Shown here one piece after another: positions 1 through 14,179 of a stretch of 64,000 nucleotides of DNA. This DNA is from Gammaproteobacteria bacterium. GTDB lineage: Bacteria; Pseudomonadota; Gammaproteobacteria; Eutrophobiales; Eutrophobiaceae. Each line of letters starts with the position of its first letter. Positions within the stretch are counted from its first letter, which is position 1. The notes beneath the pieces are model-generated. The model was not told the DNA's origin and did no database searches. It saw nothing but the letters and a program-made list of their open reading frames with translations. The stretch spans positions 928 through 64,927 of the forward strand of contig JBHIXH010000008.1 of the NCBI GenBank assembly GCA_041984885.1. The letters are read 5' to 3'. The translations under genes and the position numbers were made by a program.

Positions 1-3313
<3,313 letters not shown>

Positions 3314-3321
3314 ACAGGCGA

Positions 3322-4422
3322 TTACAGTCGCATCGGCATGACAACATATTTACACGGGCCATCGTCAGCCGGCAGGATCAGGCAACTGCTGTTTGCGTCC
3401 GTCAGCAGGATCTTCACTTTGTCTGTTTTAATTGCCGTGATCGCATCCAGCAGGTACGAAACGTTAAACCCAATCTCGATGTTATCCCCCTGGTAGTCGA
3501 CCGGTATCTCTTCTTCCGCCTCTTCCTGCTCCGGGTTTTGCGCCTGCGCTTTCAGGCTGCCCTGCATCACTTCTATCCTGACGCCGCGATATTTTTCATT
3601 CGACAGTATCGAGGCCCGGGTCAGGCTTTGGCGCAATACTTCTCTGTCCGCCAGCAATTCGTTGTCACTGCCACGCGGTATGACGCGTTCATAATCCGGA
3701 AATTTGCCATCGATCAATTTGCTGGTAAAACGGATGGAGCCAATATGAAAACGAATGTGGTTGGCACTGACATTCACCTGTATCGGCTGCTCGTTGTTAT
3801 CCAGCAGGCGTACCAGTTCCAGCACACCTTTTCTCGGGATGATGATCTGGGTGGTTTCTTTGACCGAGGTCGGCACAGCGATTTCCTTCATCGCCAACCT
3901 GTGTCCATCAGTGGCAACGGCACGGATCGTATCCGGCCGTAATTCAATCAACAGGCCGTTCAGATAATAGCGAACGTCCTGTTGCGCCATGCCAAACATG
4001 GTGTCTTCCAACAATGATTTAAATTCATTTTCGTTGACGGAAAAGTTGGTTGGAAACTGGTCGATATCGGTTAACGGAAATTCCCTCGCCGGCAATGACG
4101 ACAAGGCAAACCGGCTTTTGCTGGACTTCACTTGCACGCGATCCTTCGTTGCATCAAATTCCAGCAGAGATGAATCCGGCAAGGATTTGCATATATCAAA
4201 TAATTTTCGCGCCGGGATCGTGATCTGCCCCTCCACCCCCAGGTTGCTTGGTGAGCTCGAAACCAACTCCACTTCCATATCTGTCGCTGTCAGTTTAAAA
4301 CCATCTTTATCGGCCTCCAGCATGATGTTCGACAGGATGGGCAGGGATTGGCGACGATCAACGACAGAGATCACATCGTGTAAGCCTGGAAGCAAGTCTT
4401 CTCTAGATATAGAAAATTTCAT
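3322..4422 (-). CDS. dnaN: DNA polymerase III beta clamp
   Basis: ATDGHRLA, GKFPDY and C-terminal VVMPMRL motifs; 366 aa. Confidence 0.98.
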   Translation of the reverse strand: MKFSISREDLLPGLHDVISVVDRRQSLPILSNIMLEADKDGFKLTATDMEVELVSSSPSNLGVEGQITIPARKLFDICKSLPDSSLLEFDATKDRVQVKSSKSRFALSSLPAREFPLTDIDQFPTNFSVNENEFKSLLEDTMFGMAQQDVRYYLNGLLIELRPDTIRAVATDGHRLAMKEIAVPTSVKETTQIIIPRKGVLELVRLLDNNEQPIQVNVSANHIRFHIGSIRFTSKLIDGKFPDYERVIPRGSDNELLADREVLRQSLTRASILSNEKYRGVRIEVMQGSLKAQAQNPEQEEAEEEIPVDYQGDNIEIGFNVSYLLDAITAIKTDKVKILLTDANSSCLILPADDGPCKYVVMPMRL

Positions 4423-4614
4423 ATATAAAACCAGTTGTTATTACTATTAATTATAAACGTATGTGGATAAATCAATATTTTGTATAAAAAACAATGTGTT
4501 AGTAAAATTTTCAAGTCTATTATCCATTTGGATAACCCGGCTTTTGGCTGTGGGTTGATAACGGATAACAACGGCACTACCAGCAACAGGAATGTTATCC
4601 ACAAAAGTTCCCCC
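4423..4614. other. Chromosomal replication origin oriC
   Basis: Perfect DnaA boxes at 4462-4470 (TGTGGATAA) and 4595-4603 (TTATCCACA), degenerate boxes around 4520-4570, IHF consensus AATCAATATTTTG at 4470-4482, and an AT-rich TAA/TAG repeat tract at about 4435-4456. Confidence 0.85.
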
Positions 4615-5955
4615 TCATGTTGTCAGGATACGCTCAAGATTGATGTAGTCTTCCTCGATTTTTTGCTCGCTTTGTCGCAGCTCGTTGATCTTGCGGCAGG
4701 CGTGCAGCACGGTTGTGTGATCACGACCGCCAAAGGCATCGCCGATCTCCGGCAGACTATGATTCGTCAATTCTTTCGCCAGCGCCATTGCGACCTGTCG
4801 CGGTCGGGCAATCGATCGACTGCGCCGTTTTGATAACAGGTCAGCGACACGGATCTTGTAGTATTCCGCGATCGTTTTCTGAATGTTGTCGATCGAGATT
4901 TGTTTATCTTGCATCAACAACAGATCTTTTAAAGCTGTTTTTACCAGTTCCATATTAATCGGATTGCCGGTTAATCTTGAGTTGGCAATGACGCGATTTA
5001 ATGCGCCTTCAAGGTCACGGACATTGGAACGAAATCGCTCGGCGATAAAAAACGAGACGTCATCTGTCAGGACAACCTGATACTGTTCGGCTTTTTTTCG
5101 GATAATGGCGACACGTGTTTCCAGTTCCGGCGGCTCGATGGCCACGGTCAGCCCCCAACCGAAGCGGGATTTTAATCGTTCTTCGAGTCCGGTGACTTCT
5201 TTAGGAAAACGATCGCAGGTGAGCACGATCTGGTGCTGGCCTTCCAACAAGGCATTAAACGTATGGAAAAACTCTTCTTGCGAACGTTCCTTGCCGGCAA
5301 AGAACTGGATATCGTCGATTAACAGCACATCTACAGATCGATAAAACCGCTTGAAGTCATTGATCGCATTATGCTGCAAGGCGCGCACCATGTCCGCGAC
5401 AAAGCGTTCAGAGTGCAGGTAGATAATGTTGCTGCCGGGCCGGTCCTGCAAAATGGCGTGACCCAGCGCGTGCATTAAATGCGTTTTCCCCAGGCCCACG
5501 CCGCCGTATATAAATAGCGGGTTGTACGATTCACCGGGGTTTTCCGCGGCTTGAACCGAGGCAGCCCTGGCCAACTGGTTTGATTTTCCCTCGACAAAAG
5601 TCTGAAAAGTGAAGTCCAGGTTCAGGTTGGAAGAGTGTTTCGGCCTTTCTTTTTTCGTCTCGGTTTCCGGCTTTGGCCGAGAGGTTGCGGATGCCTCGTT
5701 GCTGGTGTTGGCGGCGATGCGCTGACTGCCAACCTCAATCTTCAATCCGCAGTCTTCACCGATAATCGCCGTCAAGTGCGTGTGAATGGCGTTGTAGTAT
5801 TGTTCGTTGACCCAGTCCATAACGAACCGGTTGGGGGCCAGCAAGCGAATATCACCGCCTGACTCAATCGCCTGTAGCGGCCGTATCCAGGTATTAAACA
5901 GTTGTGGTGACAGCTCGCCTTCAAGCTTTTCAAGACATTGTTGCCATGGAGACAT
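4615..5955 (-). CDS. dnaA: Chromosomal replication initiator DnaA
   Basis: GGVGLGKTH Walker [22 protein letters not shown] at 5955 (alternative TTG at 5961). Confidence 0.98.
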   Translation of the reverse strand: MSPWQQCLEKLEGELSPQLFNTWIRPLQAIESGGDIRLLAPNRFVMDWVNEQYYNAIHTHLTAIIGEDCGLKIEVGSQRIAANTSNEASATSRPKPETETKKERPKHSSNLNLDFTFQTFVEGKSNQLARAASVQAAENPGESYNPLFIYGGVGLGKTHLMHALGHAILQDRPGSNIIYLHSERFVADMVRALQHNAINDFKRFYRSVDVLLIDDIQFFAGKERSQEEFFHTFNALLEGQHQIVLTCDRFPKEVTGLEERLKSRFGWGLTVAIEPPELETRVAIIRKKAEQYQVVLTDDVSFFIAERFRSNVRDLEGALNRVIANSRLTGNPINMELVKTALKDLLLMQDKQISIDNIQKTIAEYYKIRVADLLSKRRSRSIARPRQVAMALAKELTNHSLPEIGDAFGGRDHTTVLHACRKINELRQSEQKIEEDYINLERILTT

Positions 5956-6040
5956 CCCCAAATCAGAACCTCAAAACAAAAAATAATAGAAGGCGTTATG
6001 CCGGTGGAAGCAGCCGCAAGTTTAACCTTCCTTGGGAAAG

Positions 6041-6049
6041 TTATCCACA
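6041..6049 (+). promoter_or_regulatory. DnaA box upstream of dnaA (probable autoregulation)
   Basis: Perfect TTATCCACA in the dnaA/rpmH divergent region. Confidence 0.75.
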
Positions 6050-6073
6050 AGGTAAACTGCCTTGAAACGCGCA

Positions 6074-6102
6074 TTGAAATTGGCAGAAGCTGCCAGTAAG
6101 AT
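6074..6102 (+). promoter_or_regulatory. Putative sigma70 promoter of the rpmH operon
   Basis: TTGAAA-N17-TAAGAT, 48 nt upstream of the rpmH ATG. Confidence 0.5.
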
Positions 6103-6150
6103 AGCCGCCCTTTTAGCTTAAGCAGAAACTATTTTTAAGGTACGGCCACA

Positions 6151-6285
6151 ATGAAAAGACCCTTTCAACCCAGCAACCTGAAGCGCAAACGTAATCACGG
6201 CTTCCGTAGCCGGATGGCAACCAAATCCGGTCAAGCGATCATCAAGGCGCGCCGGGCTAAAGGCCGGAAAAGACTGTCGGCTTGA
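6151..6285 (+). CDS. rpmH: 50S ribosomal protein L34
   Basis: Below the ORF-track cutoff. Hand translation: [44 protein letters not shown]. Confidence 0.98.
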   Translation: MKRPFQPSNLKRKRNHGFRSRMATKSGQAIIKARRAKGRKRLSA

Positions 6286-6291
6286 TAACGT

Positions 6292-6654
6292 ATGCAACAG
6301 CAGGTCGGTCGACTGTGCCGACAGAATCGACTGGCTGATGCCGCTGACTATCAACGAGTATTTCAATCCGGGACAAAAATACGCGATCGTAATTTTCTCG
6401 TTCTAGCCCATAAAAACAACAAACTTTACAGCCGGGTAGGCTTGGCCATATCGAAAAAATCCATTGGCTCGGCGGTAAAGAGAAACCGGGTTAAAAGGAT
6501 CATCCGTGAACATTTTCGAAGTAATCAGTTTAAAACGCGCGGGCTCGACATTGTTGTTGTGGCCAATCGATCTATTCACGCAGCACAAGGGGCGGAGTTG
6601 TTCCGGTCATTAAACCATCTCTGGCAACGGTTACCGCAATGCGATCCATGCTGA
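6292..6654 (+). CDS. rnpA: Ribonuclease P protein component
   Basis: RNR motif [13 protein letters not shown]; follows rpmH. Confidence 0.95.
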   Translation: MQQQVGRLCRQNRLADAADYQRVFQSGTKIRDRNFLVLAHKNNKLYSRVGLAISKKSIGSAVKRNRVKRIIREHFRSNQFKTRGLDIVVVANRSIHAAQGAELFRSLNHLWQRLPQCDPC

Positions 6655-6863
6655 ATAGCCTGATTCGGTGCTATCAATATTGCATCAGTCCGTTTCTGCC
6701 CCCGAGTTGTCGCTACTGGCCCACGTGTTCGGAGTACACGCGCCAGGCGATTGAACAACACGGGCCGTTGAAAGGCGGTATTTTAGGTTTGGCTCGAATC
6801 TGTCGTTGTCATCCCCTGCACGCGGGCGGCTATGATCCGGTGCCCGGCGCTAGGGAGCAGTAA
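6639..6863 (+). CDS. yidD: Membrane protein insertion efficiency factor
   Basis: [10 protein letters not shown] and RCHP...GGYDPVP motifs. Confidence 0.95.
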   Translation: MRSMLNSLIRCYQYCISPFLPPSCRYWPTCSEYTRQAIEQHGPLKGGILGLARICRCHPLHAGGYDPVPGAREQ

Positions 6864-8522
6864 GTGGACACCGTCCGTTTTATCCTGATACTTGCGATTG
6901 GTCTCGTCGTCATGATGTTAATGCAGGCGTGGGAGGAAGATTATGGTCAGCCGCCGGCGACAGAACAGCCAGTAGCCGGAACAGGAAACGCAACCACGGC
7001 GACCGAACCGGTGAATCCGGCTGATGTACCAGACCTGCCAGTCGTTGAACAAGAGACCGGGACGCTTGCGCCGGAGATAACGGCCGTCGACGAAGATCGC
7101 CTGTCGCCGGTCACCGTGACCACAGACAAGTATGCCATTGCGATCAACTTACGTGGCGGGGGCATCGACCAGGTTGAACTGCTGGATTACCCGGTCTCGC
7201 CGGAGGCGCCGGAAATTCCTTATGTATTGATGGATCGCGCACCCAACCTGTTTTACGTGCTGCAAGGCGGACTGCTAAGCAAACAGGACGCGCCGACGCA
7301 TGACGCGATTTATCACTCTGCCCGGAGTCACTATGAGTTGTCGCCGATCGAGGACCAATTACAGGTAACGCTGAACTGGCAATCCGGCAATGGCATTCGG
7401 GTCGAAAAGGTCTACACGTTTGCCCGTGACTCCTATCAAATTCTGATTGATTACCGAATTACCAACGCCAGCGGTGCGGACTGGTCCGGTCGCGCCTATG
7501 GTCAACTACAGCGAGACGATCCTGGTCGAGCCGGTCGCCGCCTGTTGTATACGTATACCGGCGCGATCATGTCGACGCCGGAAGAGCGGTATAAAAAAGT
7601 CGATTTTGACGACATGGAAGACAAGCCGATTGCCGAAACCGTGACCGATGGCTGGGTCGCGATGCTGCAACACTATTTTGTCAGTGCCCTGGTGCCGGCC
7701 TCGGCGGAAGCGCCACATTATTACTACACGAAAGCCCTGCCGGCAGAGAACCGCTATTTAATCGGCATGATGACACCGGCCGTGAGCGTTGCTGCCGGTT
7801 CCAGCCAGACACTGTCTCAAAAATTATACATTGGCCCCAAGACGCAGAAGCGACTGGAGCACGTCGCGCCTCGCCTGGAGCTGACCGTGGATTACGGATC
7901 CTTGTGGTTTGTCGCCAAGCCGTTGTTTGTCTGTCTCGACTGGTTTCACTCGATGACGGCCAACTGGGGTTACGCAATTATCCTCGTCACGCTATTGATC
8001 AAGATCATTTTTTACCCGCTGTCTGCGGCCGGTTACCGTTCGATGGCGAACATGCGCAAGGTGCAACCAAGACTGTTGGCCATTCGTGATCGCTATAAAG
8101 ACGACAAGGCAAAACTGAACCAGGCAATGATGGACCTGTATAAAAAGGAGAAGATCAACCCGCTTGGCGGCTGCTTTCCAATCCTGATCCAGATCCCGGT
8201 ATTCATTGCGCTGTACTGGGTCTTGCTGGAGAGTGTCGAGCTGCGCCAGGCGGACTTCGTGCTCTGGATTAATGATCTATCCAGCCCGGATCCGTTTTAT
8301 GTCCTGCCAGTATTGATGGGCATCAGCATGTTCATACAACAGAAACTGAATCCGGCCCCGATGGACCCGGTGCAGGAGAAGGTCATGATGACGTTACCAT
8401 TTGTGTTCACGATCTTCTTTGCCTTCTTCCCGTCCGGCCTGGTTTTGTACTGGGTAGCGAACAACGTCCTGTCGATCGCCCAGCAATGGATGATCACAAA
8501 ACAAATCGAGTCAGCCAAATAA
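6864..8522 (+). CDS. yidC: Membrane protein insertase YidC
   Basis: NPLGGCFPILIQIPVF, DLSSPDP and GLVLYW motifs. Confidence 0.97.
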   Translation: MDTVRFILILAIGLVVMMLMQAWEEDYGQPPATEQPVAGTGNATTATEPVNPADVPDLPVVEQETGTLAPEITAVDEDRLSPVTVTTDKYAIAINLRGGGIDQVELLDYPVSPEAPEIPYVLMDRAPNLFYVLQGGLLSKQDAPTHDAIYHSARSHYELSPIEDQLQVTLNWQSGNGIRVEKVYTFARDSYQILIDYRITNASGADWSGRAYGQLQRDDPGRAGRRLLYTYTGAIMSTPEERYKKVDFDDMEDKPIAETVTDGWVAMLQHYFVSALVPASAEAPHYYYTKALPAENRYLIGMMTPAVSVAAGSSQTLSQKLYIGPKTQKRLEHVAPRLELTVDYGSLWFVAKPLFVCLDWFHSMTANWGYAIILVTLLIKIIFYPLSAAGYRSMANMRKVQPRLLAIRDRYKDDKAKLNQAMMDLYKKEKINPLGGCFPILIQIPVFIALYWVLLESVELRQADFVLWINDLSSPDPFYVLPVLMGISMFIQQKLNPAPMDPVQEKVMMTLPFVFTIFFAFFPSGLVLYWVANNVLSIAQQWMITKQIESAK

Positions 8523-8538
8523 CGGCAGCAATCAAACG

Positions 8539-9873
8539 ATGGCAACTGATGCAGACACAATCGTTGCGGTTGCCAGCGCAGCGGGACACGCTGCGATTGG
8601 TGTTGTGCGTTTGTCTGGCCCCGAAGCGCGCGACATAGCGGAAACGATCACCGCGCAAAAACTGGCAGCCCGCCAGGCCCATTACGCGACAATCAACACG
8701 GTAGACGGCGTACCGCTGGACAAGGGTGTTGTGCTGTTTTTTCAGGCGCCACATTCGTATACCGGCGAAGACGTAGTGGAATTCCAGATGCATGGCTCGC
8801 CGGTTTTATTGCAGGCATTAACCGAGACCTGTGTGAAGTCCGGCGCGCGTCACGCCCGACCGGGTGAGTTTACCGAGCGAGCGTTTCATCATAACAAGCT
8901 TGACCTGTTACAGGCCGAGGCTGTTGCCGATTTAATCAACTCGCGCTCAATAGCCGCGGCAAGGAGCGCTAACCAGTCATTGCAGGGAAGGTTTTCCACC
9001 TATGTCGATGCGTTGTTGCAAGAGATGACGGAGTTGAGCGTGTTTGTTGAAGGGGCGCTCGATTTTCCGGAAGAGGAAGTGGACTGGCTGCAGGACCAGG
9101 GCATTGAAAACAAATTGCAGACATGCGCAGCATCAATGCAACAACTGTTACAGCGTTGTCAGCAAGGTAAACGTTTAAACATCATTCCGAAAGTTGTCAT
9201 CACCGGCGCGCCGAATGTGGGTAAATCCAGCCTGCTGAACTGTTTAACCGGACAAGCCAGCGCAATTGTCAATGAACGATCGGGCACCACGCGGGATTTG
9301 ATTGAGCAGGAAGTCGTGTTAAATGACCTGGCGTTTGTGCTGGTTGATAGCGCCGGCATACGTGACAGCGCCGATCCAATTGAACAGGAGGGTGTGCAGC
9401 GGGCGCAGCAGGCAGCCAGTTCGGCTGACATCGTCATTCACATGTTTGTCGACGGGGAAGTTGCCAGCGAGACAATAGCCAGCAATGAAGACAACACTGC
9501 CATTCTTGTTTTTAATAAAATCGATCAATCCGGCAGTGACGCCGGGGTCAAACCCGGACCGACACCGACCGTGTATTTGTCTGCCAAAACGGGCGCAGGC
9601 ATTGATGGGCTGATCCAGGTTTTACAAAAATTGGCCGGAGCCAGGGAAACAGACGAAACGCCATTACTGGCACGGCAGCGTCATATCGACGCGATCCAGC
9701 AAGCGCAGGCTTATCTGGCAAATGGCCTGGATACGTTACAATCGAATCGTTCGGTCGAATTGCTGGCCGAGGATTTACGTCTGGCGCGCAAGTCACTGGC
9801 CGCGTTGAAAGGCGAACAGCTACCCGATGATCTGCTGGGAGAAATTTTTTCCCGGTTTTGTATTGGTAAATAA
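8539..9873 (+). CDS. mnmE: tRNA modification GTPase MnmE
   Basis: GAPNVGKSS, GTTRD and C-terminal FCIGK. Confidence 0.97.
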   Translation: MATDADTIVAVASAAGHAAIGVVRLSGPEARDIAETITAQKLAARQAHYATINTVDGVPLDKGVVLFFQAPHSYTGEDVVEFQMHGSPVLLQALTETCVKSGARHARPGEFTERAFHHNKLDLLQAEAVADLINSRSIAAARSANQSLQGRFSTYVDALLQEMTELSVFVEGALDFPEEEVDWLQDQGIENKLQTCAASMQQLLQRCQQGKRLNIIPKVVITGAPNVGKSSLLNCLTGQASAIVNERSGTTRDLIEQEVVLNDLAFVLVDSAGIRDSADPIEQEGVQRAQQAASSADIVIHMFVDGEVASETIASNEDNTAILVFNKIDQSGSDAGVKPGPTPTVYLSAKTGAGIDGLIQVLQKLAGARETDETPLLARQRHIDAIQQAQAYLANGLDTLQSNRSVELLAEDLRLARKSLAALKGEQLPDDLLGEIFSRFCIGK

Positions 9874-9901
9874 CAGCAACTACTTCTCTCGGAAATATTT
9901 A

Positions 9902-10294
9902 ATGAGCATACAGATTCCGATTTCTTTTGGTGAGTTTCTCGACAAGCTGACCATCCTGCAGATAAAGCAGCAGCGTATATCTGACCAGGACAAGCTGGCG
10001 AATGTCACCAGTGAATTACAGGCCTTGCAAGTGCTATGGCAGAAGCAGTCGGCAAGTAATACAGGAGAAGTTAATGAACTGGTCAACGAATTAAAAGAAA
10101 TAAACGAACAGTTGTGGGAAATCGAGGATGCCATCAGGGAAAAAGAAAAAAGCAAACAATTTGATGAAGAGTTTATCCGGCTTGCCAGAAAAGTGTATGT
10201 CACTAACGACAAACGCGCCGACATAAAGAAACAGATCAACGTTAAACTGGGCTCCGAATTTATCGAAGAGAAATCGTATTCTGACTATTCATGA
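9902..10294 (+). CDS. DUF6165-like coiled-coil protein
   Basis: IPISFGEFLDKLTILQIK...LWEIEDAIR...EEKSY pattern; ATG at 9902. Confidence 0.7.
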   Translation: MSIQIPISFGEFLDKLTILQIKQQRISDQDKLANVTSELQALQVLWQKQSASNTGEVNELVNELKEINEQLWEIEDAIREKEKSKQFDEEFIRLARKVYVTNDKRADIKKQINVKLGSEFIEEKSYSDYS

Positions 10295-11295
10295 ATGAAC
10301 TGAACGCCAGGCCGACATTGATCGTTTATTCAAACGGGGAAATTCTTGGCGACGCGTTATTAAAATTGCCGGCCCTGGCCACACTGCGCCAGTTTTATCC
10401 GGATCACCATATCACCTGGCTGGCCGGCAGCGGCTTCAGTTTTTATGCCCGCGCCTTGTCGCCGCTGGTCAAGGGCCTGGTTGATGAAGTGCGTGAAGAC
10501 ATTCGGCTTGGTCAGGACTATCGTGAATTGCTGCGCCCGCCTGTCATGACGGCTGCGACAGATATACTTATCGATACGCAGAGCAAACTAAAAACCACGT
10601 TAATACTGAAACGATTACCGCATCGATTATTTATCTCGGCGACAGCCAACTTTATTTTTTCTGATCGTAAGCCCGCTACAGAATTCAAGCAGGGATCGGT
10701 ACAACGCCGCCTGATCGATTTATTCAGCCTGGCCAGCGCTAATCATGCACAAGCGAACTTCCGGCTGCAGTTGCCGGACGAATACAGACAGTTGGCCGAG
10801 CAAGCGTTGCCGAAGGGGAACGACTACATCGGCCTTGCGCCTGGCTCCGGTGTGCAACGCAAATGCTGGCCGCTGGACAGTTTTATTCAGTTGGCACAAC
10901 GGCAAGCGCTTGCCGGACGCACACCGGTTTTTTTTCTGGGGCCGAATGAAGCCGGTTGGCAACAACAACTGGCCAGGGCAGTCCCGTCTGCGCTTTTCCC
11001 GGAGCAGGAAAAGGAGGACGCTTCCATCAACCCGATCATCTATTGCCTTGCACTGGCGCAACGTATTCGCGTCGGCGTCGCCAATGACTCCGGCACCGGC
11101 CATGTTTTCGCTATTGCCGGACAACCACTGGTATCATTATTCGGACCGAGCAATGCGGAAAAGTTTGTGCACGACAACGCCGAGGCACGCATCATCATTC
11201 AGGCAGAAAAATTTGGTGGCAGGGCGATGTCGAACATTCCGGTGGAGGCAGTTGATGAAGCCGTTAACCTGCTGGCACAACGTGACGCCAAATGA
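10291..11295 (+). CDS. Glycosyltransferase family 9 (ADP-heptose:LPS heptosyltransferase-like)
   Basis: LGD near the N-terminus, KCWP, NDSGTGH, LFGP. Confidence 0.85.
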   Translation: MNELNARPTLIVYSNGEILGDALLKLPALATLRQFYPDHHITWLAGSGFSFYARALSPLVKGLVDEVREDIRLGQDYRELLRPPVMTAATDILIDTQSKLKTTLILKRLPHRLFISATANFIFSDRKPATEFKQGSVQRRLIDLFSLASANHAQANFRLQLPDEYRQLAEQALPKGNDYIGLAPGSGVQRKCWPLDSFIQLAQRQALAGRTPVFFLGPNEAGWQQQLARAVPSALFPEQEKEDASINPIIYCLALAQRIRVGVANDSGTGHVFAIAGQPLVSLFGPSNAEKFVHDNAEARIIIQAEKFGGRAMSNIPVEAVDEAVNLLAQRDAK

Positions 11296-12182
11296 GTCGA
11301 ATTCTGTTTATCTCGCTTAGCAATATTGGCGATGCCATCATGACAACACCGGTGCTTGAGGCCCTGCATGATGAGTATGGCGATGCGGTTATCGATATTG
11401 TCGCCGGAGAGCGTTGCGCCGAGGTGTTTCAACATTGCCCGTATCGTGGCGAAATCCTGTTAAAGGACAAGCGTAAGTTCTTACGCGGTTACCCGGATTT
11501 GCTCCGGCAATGCCGACAGCATCACTATGAGCTGGTAGTGGATTTACGCACCGATGGTTTCGCCTGGCTATTGCGCACGCAGCGGCGGTTACAGAAGAAA
11601 AAATCGACAACGGCAACACTGCATTCAGTAGAACAGCATTTGTCCGTGTTGCCAGACGGCATGGCAGCAGGTCAACAAACCCAAATCTGGTTAAGCGATG
11701 CAGACAGGCAGTTTGCCCAGGATCAGCTTGCAACGATTGATAACACCAGGCTGCTCGCTATTGCGCCCGGCTGTGGTGGCCCGGAAAAAGTCTGGCCATC
11801 GGCACACTTTGCCGAGCTGGCGAAAAAACTATCCACGCAACTCGCCGGCGTTGTGCTGTTGGGCGGAGACGGCGACAGGCAGTATTCCGAACCGCTTCGG
11901 CAACGCCTGGATGGTCAGCTTGTCGATCTGACCGGCAAAACGACCGTGCTACAGGCCGCCGCCGTGATTCAGTCATGCCGTCTGTTTGTTGGCAATGACT
12001 CCGGTCTTGGGCATGTGGCCAGTGCAGTACAAACGCCGACATTAACGTTGTTCGGTGTCGGCTACCCGGATCGTTATCGCCCCTGGCAAACCCGGGCAAA
12101 GTGGCTGGTCGGGGCGAACCAGGAAGTCGCGAACATATCTGTTGATGCGGCGTACGCGAGTGCGCTCGAGTTATTGCAATGA
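11292..12182 (+). CDS. Glycosyltransferase family 9 (WaaF-like)
   Basis: SNIGDAIMTTP, KVWP and GNDSGLGH. Confidence 0.88.
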   Translation: MSRILFISLSNIGDAIMTTPVLEALHDEYGDAVIDIVAGERCAEVFQHCPYRGEILLKDKRKFLRGYPDLLRQCRQHHYELVVDLRTDGFAWLLRTQRRLQKKKSTTATLHSVEQHLSVLPDGMAAGQQTQIWLSDADRQFAQDQLATIDNTRLLAIAPGCGGPEKVWPSAHFAELAKKLSTQLAGVVLLGGDGDRQYSEPLRQRLDGQLVDLTGKTTVLQAAAVIQSCRLFVGNDSGLGHVASAVQTPTLTLFGVGYPDRYRPWQTRAKWLVGANQEVANISVDAAYASALELLQ

Positions 12183-13228
12183 GAATCACACAGATCATGC
12201 TGGCGAAAGGCTTTGGCGGTGCCGAGCGTTATTTTGTCGATCTGACGAATGAACTGGCACAACGTGGCCACGAAGTGCAGGCAATCTGTCATTCACGTTT
12301 TGCTGGACGGCCAGCGTTAAGGCAACATAAAAATTTGCGCATCGATACCGTCAATTCACTGGGGCCCTGGGACTGGTTCGCAACACGGCAAATAGTCAAA
12401 CAACTGCGTGATTTTAATCCGGCTGTTGTACACGGCCACCTCGCACGCGCGGCGTCATTGGCCGGCAATGCCTGCAACAGGCTGGCGATGCCGTTTGCGG
12501 TGAAAACGCATAACTATGTCGACCTGAAATATTATCGAAACGTTGATTTGTTTCTACCGACAACCGGCGATCAAAAACGCTACTTGCTGGAGAACGCTGT
12601 TGCAGAAACCAGGATTCAGGTGATACCCAACTTTTCGTCTTTGCCGTTGCATGCTGCGGTTGATCTTGAAAACCCGGATCGACCGCTGACGTTTGGTGCT
12701 ATCGGTCGAGCGGTGAAAAAAAAGGGGTTTGATGTGTTAATCAACGCCTTTAAACAACTGATCGATGCCGGCGTGGAAGCAAGATTGATCATCGCTGGTG
12801 ATGGCGAGTGTTATAAACAATTACAGGCGCAGGTGCGTCGGCTTAAGCTGGAGACGTGTGTGCAATTAACCGGCTGGGTCGACGATGTCGCTGCGTTTTA
12901 TAATGCAATAGACGTGTTTGTCCTGCCCTCGCTTGACGAGCCGTTCGGCATCGTCGTGCTGGAGGCGATGGCAAACCACAAACCGATCATCTCGACAAAA
13001 ACGCAGGGGCCGGTTGAGATACTGGATGACACCACAGCGATTCTGGTTGATGTTGGCAAGGCAGACGAATTAAGCCGGGCCATGCAGGAGACACATGAGA
13101 ATATCGGTCTGGCGCAACAGCGGGCAGAAGTCGCAGCGGAAAGATTTAAAGAAAACTATTCCATCGATGCCGTGTTACCACAACTGTTGCAAGCGTATGA
13201 AAGGATGCAATCAGGCAATCACTGCTGA
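12179..13228 (+). CDS. Glycosyltransferase family 4
   Basis: GGAE at the N-terminus, KGFD and EPFGIVVLEAM. Confidence 0.9.
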   Translation: MRITQIMLAKGFGGAERYFVDLTNELAQRGHEVQAICHSRFAGRPALRQHKNLRIDTVNSLGPWDWFATRQIVKQLRDFNPAVVHGHLARAASLAGNACNRLAMPFAVKTHNYVDLKYYRNVDLFLPTTGDQKRYLLENAVAETRIQVIPNFSSLPLHAAVDLENPDRPLTFGAIGRAVKKKGFDVLINAFKQLIDAGVEARLIIAGDGECYKQLQAQVRRLKLETCVQLTGWVDDVAAFYNAIDVFVLPSLDEPFGIVVLEAMANHKPIISTKTQGPVEILDDTTAILVDVGKADELSRAMQETHENIGLAQQRAEVAAERFKENYSIDAVLPQLLQAYERMQSGNHC

Positions 13229-14179
13229 ATGGCGCAATCGTTGTAAAACCATCTCGCAGCTAATGTTAGCCAGTTCGGCTTCGGCCCCGGTAATTGTCTT
13301 GTCGCTAGTTACATTTGTTTGTAGCGTGATCACGTGGTCCTGTTGCCCGAGCGCATGATTGCGCCGCCAGTTGGTTGGGCCGAATAAAGCAAACACCGGG
13401 ATGCCGCTGCCGGAAAGTGCGTGCATCGGCCCCGAATCGTTGGTTACCGCAAAACGTGCCTGTTTCGCCAGTTCAGCCAGTTGATTCAGGCTGAACTGGC
13501 CGCAGGCATTAACACCAACGCGTTGAGACAGTCTTGCTATCGCCTCCTTATCCTCGCTGCTGCCAATCCAGACCGGCTCGACTGATTGTTGTGCCAGTTG
13601 TTCGGCCAGTTCTGCAAAATATGGCCAGCACTTTTCCGGATGTTGTTTGCTGGCTCCGGCGTGCAGCAGCACAAACGGCTTTTCTTGCAGATGACGTTCA
13701 ATCCAGGCCAGAACCCGTTGTTTGTTTTCGTCAGACAACGGCAAGTACACATCAGGGCTGGCCGGTTCCAGGCCGGCAGAAGCCAGCACATCATTCATGC
13801 GCTCGAAGATGTGTTTCTGACCCGCGTACGGCTCTTCGGGAAAGTACGTGTACGGATATACGTTATGATTACCAACGGTTTCTTTTGTCTTTGCAAATAA
13901 ACAATATAACCGTGAACGATCATTCGACTGCAGGTCATAGACCCGATCAAACGCCTGCTGACGTATCCAGTGTATCGTTTTCCATGTGTTTATTAATCCA
14001 CGCCGGGGAAACGACTGCACGGCAATTCCCGGCCAGTCCGTGAAAATGTCGGCAAACGCATGGCTGGTTAGCAGCGTTAACCGATCATCGGCATGCTGAT
14101 GCTGAATGCTCTGGATCAGGCTGGTCGACATGATGACATCGCCGAGCGCGCCCAGTTTAATGATCAGTATGTTGTTCAT
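13211..14179 (-). CDS. Glycosyltransferase family 9
   Basis: Start MNNILIIKLGALGDV at 14179; KCWP, TNDSGPMH, LFGPT. Confidence 0.88.
   Translation of the reverse strand: MNNILIIKLGALGDVIMSTSLIQSIQHQHADDRLTLLTSHAFADIFTDWPGIAVQSFPRRGLINTWKTIHWIRQQAFDRVYDLQSNDRSRLYCLFAKTKETVGNHNVYPYTYFPEEPYAGQKHIFERMNDVLASAGLEPASPDVYLPLSDENKQRVLAWIERHLQEKPFVLLHAGASKQHPEKCWPYFAELAEQLAQQSVEPVWIGSSEDKEAIARLSQRVGVNACGQFSLNQLAELAKQARFAVTNDSGPMHALSGSGIPVFALFGPTNWRRNHALGQQDHVITLQTNVTSDKTITGAEAELANISCEMVLQRLRHSAVIA

Noticed and set aside
4419-4604. 61-aa minus-strand ORF between dnaA and dnaN
   Set aside because: It is an incidental frame across the DnaA boxes and AT-rich tract of oriC.
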